The notes under the pieces are model-generated. The model was given only the letters and a program-made list of their open reading frames with translations. It was not told the DNA's origin and made no database searches. This document shows, one piece after another, positions 1-10,839 of a stretch of 64,000 nt of DNA. Source of the DNA: Eledone cirrhosa (lineage: Eukaryota). Made by a program: the position numbers and the translations under genes. The stretch spans positions 31,620,001 through 31,684,000 of the forward strand of contig OZ024747.1 in NCBI GenBank assembly GCA_964016885.1. The letters run 5' to 3'. The number at the start of each line of letters is the position of its first letter. Position 1 is the first letter of the stretch.

Positions 1-1088
1 TTTACCACGAAAATACAATAGTATATATAGAGTAATGTAATGCTAAAGGGTTAATCAGAGGCTTGCTTGATCAGAGCTGCGCTGTCAATAAACAACTACT
101 GAAAATCATGTCCTTTCTCCTTTATTAATTTATATTAGGAATACAAATCCAGTTGGAGTTGTCATTCGTTTTAACCTCTTTCATGTTTTAACATGAAAGA
201 AGTTACAAAAAGTACTAGTCAACTATTCCACTTGTTTAAACAATATGTGTCCTTGTCCTAATCTAACAAGTTATTTTTAAATAGACATCATCAAAGGTAA
301 ATGCTTTAGCTCCTTTCTCTGTTGGTTCCACTTTAGCTACATTCTTCACTCTTTCATTTATATACTTCATTCAACATCTCCACTTGAGATGATGCTAGAC
401 AACCAGTGGTAACATCTATTGAAGTCTCCTTTGTCAATAAGAGAGCCTCTATATGTTAATTTGACCTGCAAGAAATAGTAATAAAATCTAACTCCAATTA
501 TTCCCTTTTGTCTTAGAAAATACACATGAAATAATGTAGTCCAAGGAGAACACTTTATAAAAAGGTGTAAGTTGGTCATAATTGATCAGGACTGACATGG
601 GGTTAAACAACAACAACAATCTATTGAAGTTCAAGTACTAATGTTTTCTCTTTGATCTTGTTAAGCTGGGTTAAAATAGAATTATGTGTCCTTTCAAGAG
701 ACATTAAAATGCCTGCAGCCAGCGAGCCATGAACAATGAATAAGAATAAGAAATGAAAATGGATCTAATAGTATGTAAGGTCTTAAAATGGATAATGGCT
801 AGCTTTAGTTTTAAGGGTATTAGAAATAAATGTCATCTTAGATACGATGTCAGATAAATATCGGTACAACCATGCTCCAATGAAGAAATTATTATATTTT
901 TGAAATTTGTAATGAGCGGAATTTGCTATTAACAAGCTACTCATAGGCGAGGTTCATAATCAGATTTTAATTAATAGTTGGAGTTAATTCCTTTCATTTA
1001 AGTCTTTAATTAATTTGGGAAAATTCTCATTTCTCACTGTTCAATTATTTCCTTTCCTATTCTGATGTTATCGTCAAAAATCTGTGTC

Positions 1089-1302
1089 TAGCCCTTTAAC
1101 GTTCAAACCGGCCAAAACCAGCCAGAATTCTCTACCTTTTTCTGTTGAAACTGGCTGTAACTGGTCGCTCAAAACTGATGTTAAGGTATTGTTCTCAAAA
1201 TAAATACTTTCAAAATCTCATAAATTCAATATTATGTGAGATAAAGCATTTATCATGAAAATATAATAGTATATATAGAGTAATGTGAATGCTAAAGGGT
1301 TA
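1089..1302. mobile_element. piggyBac-like MITE (second copy's right end at 1-54)
   Basis: Imperfect TIRs tagccctttaacgttc / gaatgctaaagggtta. The right end atagtatatatagagtaatgt..atgctaaagggtta recurs at 18-54, ending in TTAA. Confidence 0.55.
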
Positions 1303-1984
1303 GAGGATAATGTAGAGGAAAAATTATGATTATTATATTTCCTTATTTTCTGCAGAAAGATATCAAGATATAAGAAAGTTCTTGGAAAAAGTCTAATAAC
1401 AACTTGTGATATGTACCGATATGAAAATAAGCTAACCCCACTATTTTATGTCTGAGAAAAGGGCACAAATCCAAACTCTATTTATGTAGAATTTGAAGTT
1501 ACAGAAAATCATCAAAATATTGACCCCAAATATAAGCCACCTGCTTCTACCATTTTTTGGTCACTTATTCCTTGGCTTATATTTGAGTATATATGGTAAG
1601 TGAAGCAAGGCATATAGAATTAAGTATACAGTTAATGTATGTAAAGTAGATGGCTACATTGATAGAGTAATAAAAAGGCAGCTGCAAGGTCAATGTTTTG
1701 TCCATGGTTAAGACTCTCACCCATCAATGGCACAATACACCTAGGTAAGTACAGCAAGCCATCATCATCATCAGGTACCATCTGCACTCAGCAGCTTGAA
1801 TAGCATGTGTTACTGTCTTGGACTTTTTTATGCTGTCCTTAGCAGCTGGAAGGAATCAACACAACAAGAACCCAGAACTCATTTGCTTTCCGAGTGGGCT
1901 GGGGCTCATCATATCAGACCAAATAAACAATGTTTCTGTTAGTCTTTCCAATTGCTGATACTAACCACCAGTTGCAAATCCTGG

Positions 1985-2105
1985 CAAAATGAGTAATGGG
2001 AAATAAAATGTCTTGTTCAAGGACATAACCCATCACTCGATCAAGGATTGATCTCATGACCTTACAATTGAGAATCCAATTCTCTAAACACTTAGTCACG
2101 TGCCT
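1985..2105 (-). mobile_element. degenerate tRNA-derived CORE-like SINE, 5' part
   Basis: Reverse complement resembles the SINE head at 62741 (ggcacgtgactaagtgtttagag...ttgaacaagacattttattt). Confidence 0.6.
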
Positions 2106-2337
2106 ATATTATTTACTATATTTTAAGCCTATTTAATTCTTCATAATATTTATCCATGTTATTTTTTCCTCTCTTCCCATTTATTTTGCTTTCTATAAAT
2201 AGTCACTGTAAAAAAAGTTCCTAATTAAATACCCATAATATTTTCACTTTTTCTCTCTTTGGTGTTGTCTAATTAAATATTATTTTATTAGTTAATCATT
2301 TAATCCTTAGTTTTGTGTTTTTTGTTCATGTTATTCA

Positions 2338-2640
2338 GTGGAGGTGCCTGGCTTAGTGGTTAGAGCATTGGGCTTACAATCATCAAGTTGTGAGTTTGAT
2401 AGCCAGACCAAGTGATGCATTGTGTTTTTAAGCAAGACACTTTATTTCATGTTGCTCCAGTTTACTCAGCTGTAGCATTGAGTTGCGATATCACTGATGA
2501 CAAGCTGTATTGGACATCGTCTTTCCCTTGGACAACATCAGTGGCATGGAGAGGGGAGACTGGTATGAATGGGTGACTGCTGGTCTTTCACAAAAACACC
2601 TTGTCTAGCCCTGTGCCTCAGAGAGGAACTATTTAGGGGA
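2338..2640 (+). mobile_element. tRNA-derived CORE-like SINE with alternative 3' body
   Basis: A box tggcttagtggt, degenerate B box gagtttgat, core agcaagacactttatttcatgttgctccagtttactcagctg shared with copies at 20508, 56055, 62741. Confidence 0.75.
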
Positions 2641-3484
2641 GCTTTACATGGTATCCTAAAAACTGTTCTATATGTCCACATCTCAACATTGACTTCAAGA
2701 TCAAGATGTTTTCCATGAAAAGACAACCTACAAGAATATCACATCCAGGTGGGAACATGTATTTCTCAACTACTCAATTCAAGACAAAAATAAGGAAAAT
2801 ATTTTAAAAAAGAAACTAATACTAACCTATCATTATAAACAAAACTAATAAAATGTCTGCAATTGAACTGAAAACCTATGAAACATTAGACCAGTAAATT
2901 ATGCAACCACCCATGTCACCTCTACAACAAAGGCAACAGACTGAATACTCTTAAATATATTTCAGACATTCATATTTTGGATGAACGAAGGCATCTCAAA
3001 TAAACTTGGTGATAATGACAAATATGCACATATTGAAAAAAAGAATAACGATAAGAAATATTTCTATTTTGGATTGGAAAATAAAAACAGAAAACTCCAA
3101 AGTGCTATTCCAATAGCAATATTATTGTATTAATTCTGTATGGATGGCTTGCTTGTAAAAGCCTATTTTATATGGTTAAATAGCTACCAATCTTTTATTA
3201 CAGATCTACAAAGAGTTATATTTGTCAATAAACTTTCTTTGTCTCGGATCTCAGGTTTGGCAATAATGGATTTTCAATAAAAATACCTAAGCACTATCAC
3301 AAGTTGTAATGTGCTGATTAGAAGCCTGTGGCACTACCTTGCTCCATGTTATACGTACTATGTTCCAAGATTATAATGTAAGTATGCACTTTTGTTTTGT
3401 CTATCTTTTATCTTTCATGTATTTTATTTTTTGTCTGCCTTCTATTTTACAATTCGTTTAGTGGTTTAACATAAGGCCATAGTT

Positions 3485-3671
3485 ACACACACACACACAT
3501 GTGTGTGTGTGCTTATATAAATATATATATATATATGTGTGTGGAGATATGTATAGTAATTGTTTAGATTAAAACAGTGTTACTTAGAGTTTCATATCCT
3601 CATCATCCTCATCATCATTTTACATCCGCTTTTCCCTGCTTACATATAACATGTGTACATATGTGTGTGTG

Positions 3672-3706
<35 letters not shown>

Positions 3707-3711
3707 GTGTG

Positions 3712-3758
<47 letters not shown>

Positions 3759-3850
3759 ATATATATATATACATATATATATATACATATATGTGTGTAT
3801 ATATATATACATATATATATATATACATATATGTGTGTATATATATATAC

Positions 3851-3922
<72 letters not shown>

Positions 3923-4102
3923 GATAACAAGTTATCATTATAGGTAATCCAGTTAGAGGTTGTGAGTACTCTGCGTCGTGGATAGTTTTGACCCAACCTC
4001 AAGCGATTAGCAAACTCTAGACTCACCTGATCAAACGAAACAATTGTCAGTACTTTAAATAAAGCCCTTATTGTACAGCCAACCATGTTACTCTTCATTC
4101 TT

Positions 4103-4176
<74 letters not shown>

Positions 4177-4276
4177 CATATATATATATATATACACATA
4201 CATATACATATGTGTATATATGTGTGTGTGTATATATATATATACATACATATACAAATGTGTATATATAGGTGTG

Positions 4277-4307
<31 letters not shown>

Positions 4308-4340
4308 AATGGATACACATACATATATAAGTGTGTATAT
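3485..4340. repeat. compound (TA)n/(CA)n/(TG)n microsatellite field
   Basis: Directly visible. Source of the YI-repeat ORFs. Confidence 0.95.
3921..4106. mobile_element. short Penelope-like (PLE) tail insertion with inverted halves
   Basis: 3921-3975 matches 21051-21103 (minus-strand distal tail). About 4005-4106 matches 25580-25687 (plus-strand 3' half of hammerhead GAAAC AATT GTC). Flanked by (TA)n. Confidence 0.75.
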
Positions 4341-5185
4341 AGGTATGATTTTTCGGCGTGTATGTGTATTCATTCACATATACCAACAAAAACATATCTA
4401 TACATATATAAACAGATAGTGAAAAAAATTGAAAAAAAGTAAAATAATTTGCTATATTATTCAAGTATTGAATAGTAAATTGATGAATAGAAAATGAATG
4501 AAAATATTTTGGAAAAGTGTATAAGGTTGTAGCTAAAAATAATTGTGGAAAGTGGTAGATTCTTTTTTTTAGAATATATTTTTAATACAAATTTATTTTC
4601 AATCGAAGTGAACAGCAAGGAAGAAGAGTATTTCTATCAGAGTAAATCAGATAATATATATATATATATAATCTGATTTTGTGGTGTGTATAGTGTGCAT
4701 ATATGAATGTATGTATAGTATATTTGATAATATACTGTATGTTCATTTAAAAATATTTTGAAGACCATTCGCTATGAATTTTAAAGTAGTGACTATGTCA
4801 CTTACTTACTCTCAGCAAAAGCAAAGGGGAGTAATCGACAGTCCCGTTTCTAACTCATAAGTGCTTGTCAAGACTACACAACCCTTCGCTTCTTCCGGGA
4901 GTTATAGAAGCTGGATTCTCATAGAATTTCAGTTATGTTTAAGAGCTGCTTAAACAGAACGGTTGCCGGCCCAGCAAAAATTAGGAATTGGTATTGGTGC
5001 TCTGAAATAGCGATCTATATATGCATATAGTATATTTGATAATATACTGTATGTTTATTTTAAAACATTTTGAAGACCATTCGTTTTGAATTTTAAAATA
5101 GTGACTATGTTACATACTATCAAATTCACTATACATTCATATATATTTCAGAGCATCCATATATATATGTGTGTATATGTATATA

Positions 5186-5700
5186 GGTGCAAGATAATTG
5201 CGTCTGTAGGAGCATTCGATGCTCATGCAGAGCAGAGTATAATAGTATAAGAATAAAGGAACAAAGAATCAGTGTTGCATCATAACATATTTAATAACAA
5301 ATTACATATGTTTCACTGTCGATCAGCTCAAGGAACAATCTATTATTGATCGAACCCGACTCTGGAATCAAAGGATCCTCAGATATGCCTCTGTATGTAA
5401 GCTCCTCTCTGATTTTGTGCTAATATCTCCACTACCTTGTTATAAGTTCCACATTCTAACAATGTGGTATTCTGCGGTATCCGCTCATTGGTTAATTATA
5501 CATCATAAAATCGATTTATTTACAAAACAACGTCTATCCCTCATCCGGTCAAGTTGTCGCATTCATGCATAAAAGACTGTCTGCCAGTCTGCCTGTCTTC
5601 CGCAGCCACACTTGTTTGAAGCGTTTGAAGCATTTGTTAGGCTATAAGTCATTGGTGTTGATAGGTAGGGAAGGGGAATGATTATATCTTGGACATGCAA
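5186..5700 (-). mobile_element. PLE 3' tail/pLTR fragment
   Basis: Contains a minus-strand hammerhead whose stem-II insert is homologous to that of the PLE tail at 17263-17351. Confidence 0.55.
5298..5388 (-). ncRNA. type I hammerhead ribozyme motif, long stem II
   Basis: Minus strand: gcatat CTGAGGA T...T GAAAC ATAT GTA atttgt. Confidence 0.65.
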
Positions 5701-5874
5701 GACAAGACAAATACCGACTTACACACATATCTTTGTCACGCATGTACTCACATACAGATCAATACATATACACATACACACACATAGACGCACATATAAA
5801 CATACACACATACATACACACACATATATATGCACATACATATATATGTATACATATTCATATATATATTTATT

Positions 5875-5955
5875 AAAATAACAGATTAAAGTTTAAGCAA
5901 AGAATTGCTGCTTTCACCCTTAACGGGATCTTCTGAAACTCTGAGTTTCAGAAGA
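5875..5955. repeat. fold-back remnant, same family as the palindrome at 31130-31262
   Basis: Near-identical to 31130-31198. Ends in hairpin tcttctgaaactc-t-gagtttcagaaga. Confidence 0.75.
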
Positions 5956-7415
5956 CAAAGAAGCAGTAGACTCACTTCTCGACTTTATGAATGAGTTTTT
6001 TTGTCCCAACTTGTCCTTGCACCAACAAGGTGTCAGAAGAACATTTTGGACCTAATGTTTAGCTACCACACTAACACTATCCATAGTATTACAATGGAAA
6101 AAACCCTTCTTTCAGACTATGACATGGATCTTTGTAACCTGAGATTCCACCAGCCGAAAGCTAATCCTAGTGACCTCTTTCCAGCCCACTCATTTGATAA
6201 AATGGATCTCTACAATGCCAACTGGGATGCAATTATGAACGAACTTCACACATTCACTGGTCTTTTACACACGCACACTCTCCACCAACATCAAAACATC
6301 TTGTCAGATCTTTGTAGCCACTGTCACAAACATATGTGCAAAACACACCCCACAAAGACCTGTGAACAAAACTAAGTTCAGAATCCTCCAAAACAGAAAA
6401 TCTATTATCAGAAAAATAAAAAGAACACACAAAAAAAAATTAACTAAATAAAATACTTCCAACAGCAACAAACACATTCAATGGTTATCGCACTGCTTGA
6501 ATCAAGAAAATATAACTTCCAACAATGCATGAAGACCATAATCAATAACCAAAGAACAGCTGAGGAAAATGGGCCATCACAAATGAAAAGTGTTCTTTTC
6601 ATTTGTGAAAAAACACAAGGTCACTGTCTCCACTGTTGGCCCTCTAATTGATGAAAATAGCACACTTTAAGATAATGCCAAACCCATGGGTGAGATACTG
6701 CAGAAACAATACTGCTCTGTTTTCAGCAATCCTGATATGGACAATCTGGGCTGTATCAGTGATGTTAATCCCCAACACACTATATCAGACATAACGTTTG
6801 GTGCCCCTCATCTTTTAACGGCAATAAACAAAATTAAACACAATTCAGCAGTAGGCCCCAATAGGTTCCCTGCTTGTGTCCTGAAGTTGTGTCAACACCA
6901 ACTTGCATCTCCTCTTGCTAATCTGTGGAGGAACACACTGGACACTGGCTATATTCCTGAAAACTTTCTGTCCCAGTCTGTTGTCCCAGTTTTCAAAAAG
7001 GGAAACAAGTCCCTTGCAGTGAACTACCGTCTGATCTCACTCACCTCTCATATTATCAAGGTATTTGAGAGGGTGGTGAGATCACGAATAACCCACTTTC
7101 TTGAAAGCAACTATCCAACATGGATTCCGTAATGGAAGTGACTGCCTAACGCAGCACCTGCATCACTTTGATGATATTTTCAGAGCTTTGGGAGAGGGCT
7201 CCAACACTGATGTCATCTACCTTGATTTCAGCAAGGCTTTTGACAGGGTTGATCATAAGATTCTATTGAAAAAACTATCCAACGTTGGTGTCTCTGGAAA
7301 GTTACTACAGTGGATCAAGTGTTTCCTGATAGACAGAGCCCAACATGTTGTAGTCGAAGGAATAAAATCAAGCCCAGCCAAAGTCAGCAGTGGCGTCCTG
7401 TAAGGCACTGTTTTA
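5956..7415 (+). mobile_element. CR1-like non-LTR retrotransposon ORF2 fragment (APE C-terminus plus RT N-half), pseudogenised
   Basis: Motifs PTR..NILDL, PVFKKGNK..NYRLISLTSHIIKVFER, QHGFR, DVIYLDFSKAFDRVDH, VSSGVL*GTV. Frameshifts and stops present. Confidence 0.9.
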
Positions 7416-7940
7416 TTGACTGAATTCTCTATCCTATATTTCAGGGCTTTTGGGATTCACATTGAAAATTAAGACTTGAACATACACTAGGTATCACCTG
7501 ATACCATTCCAACTCTTCCATCCTCTATATCTATATGTATAACCTTGTATTCTCCAACTGTGCTATATATTGTACACTTACTGCACCTTCATCTGTATTT
7601 TATTTCTTCTGTATTTTGATTCCTTCAATATTTTCTTATATACTTCCATTTTACTCCCTCCATTACCACCCTAGGTATGACTGCATTTTATTTATGTATT
7701 TTACTTATGGTTTTATTTATGTATTTATTTACTCGCTTTACCCTCATTATATCATTATATCATTGTACTGATAGCACACGACCCTAGAATATTACTCTCT
7801 GTACCCTATATCTGTTTATCTTTATTCACTACCCCTACCCACCCAAGAATCACATTACATATAACCCGGACTAACTGGGGACTAACTATAGTCTATTTGC
7901 ACATTTCATCAGATTTTACGACTTTCAACTTCACATCACG

Positions 7941-8583
7941 GGTGTGAATAACTAATAATCGTTTGGTACACGTGATGATCCGACGGATGTGGTGGCTTTC
8001 CCGACTGCACGCCAAGAGCTCGGGTCAATCAGCCTTCCCAGAGTGCTTGGAAAAATAAATTTCCCCTTCTTTCGGTAAACGAAAATACTCGAAACGGCTG
8101 CTTCGCCCTGGGGCCCTTTCAGACTTGGAACAAGCCACGCCACCGGTTATTGGCCGCCAAACAGTACCTTTAAATTCTAGGCTTAATCATAACTTTTAAC
8201 CTTATCATGCCTCCTTCTACTAGCACTTAACTAAATCCTCCACCAGTGTGAATAACTAGTAATCGTTTGGTATATACGATAGCCAGCCGGTGGTGGCGGA
8301 CTTCCAGCTAGCGCAGATGACACTTAAGGCAGTTAACATTCCTGGAGTGCTCGGAAAAATGAATTTCCATTTCTTTCGCTAGACGATAATACTCGGAACA
8401 ACTAACACGCCGTCGGGCCCCGGGCTGGCCGGGGGTCTGCAACATTGCTGGTTATTGACTGCTAAGCATGGGCTTAATCTTTACTCTATATTCTACCCTG
8501 TAACATTATCGTGACTATCTATAAACACCTAAACTTTTTCATAAAAGCCTCCTTCTGTAAATTGCTTTAACTAAATCTCACAA
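7941..8583 (+). ncRNA. tandem pair of diverged, structured ~300-nt units of unknown family
   Basis: 304-nt offset. Invariant blocks separated by diverged segments that keep pairing (see findings). G-U pairs favour the + strand. Confidence 0.55.
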
Positions 8584-9012
8584 CTTTAAACCTAAACCTT
8601 ATTTTTCTAATTTCATCTTAAATGGCATCTTCTGACTCTAAACATAAATTTAATGTTTCTAATTGTTAATCGTAATTTCTGTCCATACATTATACCACGC
8701 AGACGCCCACTATATATTACTATATATAGCTTTGTTAAAGATATATGTTCTTTGAAAAAATATTTTTCGCGGTACTTTCTAGCACTCCAGCTTGATTATG
8801 ACCTGATCTCAACTCTGGCCTCTGTCTGTGACGAGGTGGTAGTAGTACACTATAAGCCTACGCCCCTTCACCAGATGGAAAGAAGTAGGCTTAATAATCA
8901 CCACTTGAGGGCTGCCGACCGGGGTAGAAGCTGCTAATTGGTCAGCTGCCCGCATGTCTCTGATTTTCAGCCCCATGGATTTTGTCTATTATATTCCTTT
9001 CTTATATTTCCA

Positions 9013-9070
9013 ATACCTGATGATGTCACCGGATTCATACTGAACCCGATCATTGAAATGTTCATAGTAT
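9013..9070 (+). ncRNA. minimal type I hammerhead ribozyme
   Basis: atac CTGATGA [stem II cgg/ccg, ttca/tgaa] GAAA T gttc ATA gtat. Stem I atac/gtat. AATAAA follows. Confidence 0.75.
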
Positions 9071-9261
9071 AATAAACCTTTTAAGGATTTACACCAGTCC
9101 AGCCTCCTGTTATTTTATAATAATTAACTCCGTACTCGCACCACCAACTACACAAACAAAGACGGGTGAGTTGCATTATGTTGAGTGCTGTCCCTAATAT
9201 TACATCTAGGTTGACCATACGGAAGGACCAGTTCTATCCAGTAGTGAACCAACAAACCTAA

Positions 9262-9313
<52 letters not shown>

Positions 9314-9316
<3 letters not shown>

Positions 9317-10762
9317 GTTATGAAAGTGGCAGAAAGGATTTTAGCACAACTAATTAAAGAAAGGGTCAAACTAGATGAGATGCAGTTTGGTTTTGTGCCT
9401 GGGAAGAGTACAACAGATGCCCTCTTCTTGGTGAGACAAATGCAAGAGAGGTTCTTAGAGAAGAATAAGCCACTATACTTAGCCTTTGTTGACCTAGAGA
9501 AGGCCTTTGATAGGGTACCCCGATCTGTCATCTGGTGGTCCCTAAGGAAGCTGGGTGTTGAGGAATGGCTTGTAAGGACAGTGCAAACTTTGTACAGAGG
9601 TACTCTCAGTAAAGTCAGGGTAGGAATGGAGTTTAGTGAGGAATTCCAGATACAAGTAGGAGTACATCAGGGTTCGGTCCTCAGCCCGCTCTTGTTCATT
9701 ATAGTCCTCCAAGCCATAACAGAGGAGTTTAAGACTGGCTGTCCATGGGAACTTCTCTATGCTGACGATCTGGCTCTTATGGCAGAATCAGTAGAGGAGC
9801 TAGAGAATAAATTCCGGCTATGGAAACAGCAGTTGGAAGCAAGAGGACTGAGAGTAAATCTAGCTAAGACAAAAGTGTTGATGAGTAGAAAAGAGGATAA
9901 AACCCTGATTCCGTCAGGGAAATGGCCATGTTCGATATGCAGAAAAGGAACTGGCATAAATTCTATAAAATGCACACAATGTAGGTCCTGGGTACACAAG
10001 AGATGTAGCGGGATAGCAGGCAAACTAACAGGTAGGGAGAAATATGTATGCAGTAGATGTACAGGGAAATTAGACAGTAGAAGTCGCACTGATAGACACA
10101 TTTTTCAAATGTGAGAGGGCGCTATAGAAGTGGTGGATAGCTTCCGGTACCTAGGAGATCAGATTAGCATGGGAGGAGGGTGTTCCGAGGCCATAGTATC
10201 TAGAATAAGGACGGGTTGGAAGAAGTTTAGGGAGCTGCTTCCTCTGTTGACGAAGAAGGGTTTCTCCCTGCGTACGAAAGGCCGGTTGTATGATGCCTGT
10301 GTGAGGAGCGCGATGCTGCATGGTAGTGAGACATGGGCAGCTACCGCAGAAGATATGCGACGGCTGGAGAGAAATGAGGCAAGTATGCTCCGTTGGATGT
10401 GCAGTGTAAATGTGCGTGAACGACCCAGCATAAATGTGTTGAGAGAGAAACTGTGTCTGAGAGGGATAGAATGTAGTGTACGGGAGAGGAGACTGAGGTG
10501 GTATGGACATGTGATGCGCATGGAGGATGACCGATGGGTGAAGAAGTGCCAGGAAATGCCAGTTGAAGGAAGACGTGGTAGAGGTAGACCACGAAAAACA
10601 TGGGCGGAGGTGGTGAGAACAGACCTCAGATCATTGAAGCTCACGGTGGAGATGACAAGGGACCGTGACGAGTGGAGAGATGCTGTGCTGAATAAGACCC
10701 GTCCCACCCTTACAAGCAGGGAAAAGCGGACGTAAAATGATGATGATGATGATGATGATGAT
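9314..10762 (+). mobile_element. 5'-truncated RTE-clade LINE (RT with PHD-like insert, one frameshift), (GAT)n tail
   Basis: QFGFVPGKSTTDA, AFVDLEKAFDRVPR, GVHQGSVLSPLLF, LLYADDL, FRYLG, RRLRWYGHV, GRPRKTW. Inserted in (TA)n. Confidence 0.95.
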
Positions 10763-10839
10763 ATATATATATTATTCAAGGAAATGACAAAACAGAGGTT
10801 CAAAAAGTCTTATTAGTTTCATGTTTTATATGGAAAAGG

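Larger units (their letters stand above)
7416..9262 (+). mobile_element. putative PLE 3' region/pLTR carrying structured RNA units and a hammerhead
   Basis: Pyrimidine-rich tail, hammerhead at 9013-9070 followed by AATAAA, end at (TA)n. Same layout as the other PLE tails here. No RT retained. Confidence 0.5.

Noticed and set aside
280-487. Minus-strand splice acceptor ttttattactatttcttgcag followed by VKLTYRGSLIDKG...
   Set aside because: Frame closes after 32 codons, no recognisable homology and no partner exon.
1351-1600. Apparent exon (tgcag...gtaag)
   Set aside because: Stops in all three frames. The donor-like site looks like a decayed pogo/Tigger-type TIR (ggcttatatttgagtatatatggta).
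3577-4464. Many YI/HT/CV-repeat ORFs (also near 16.4, 20.8, 26.4, 28.0, 40.6, 43.6, 48.1 and 53.0 kb)
   Set aside because: Translations of dinucleotide microsatellites.
7944-8470. Reading the tandem units as ciliate-code (TAA/TAG=Gln) genes or as the minus-strand 63-aa ORF
   Set aside because: Frame is lost between units after the stop, and the minus frame has a stop in unit 2.
10159-10803. Long antisense ORFs over RTE copies (also 29031-30131 and 61846-62571)
   Set aside because: Shadow frames of the RT coding strand.
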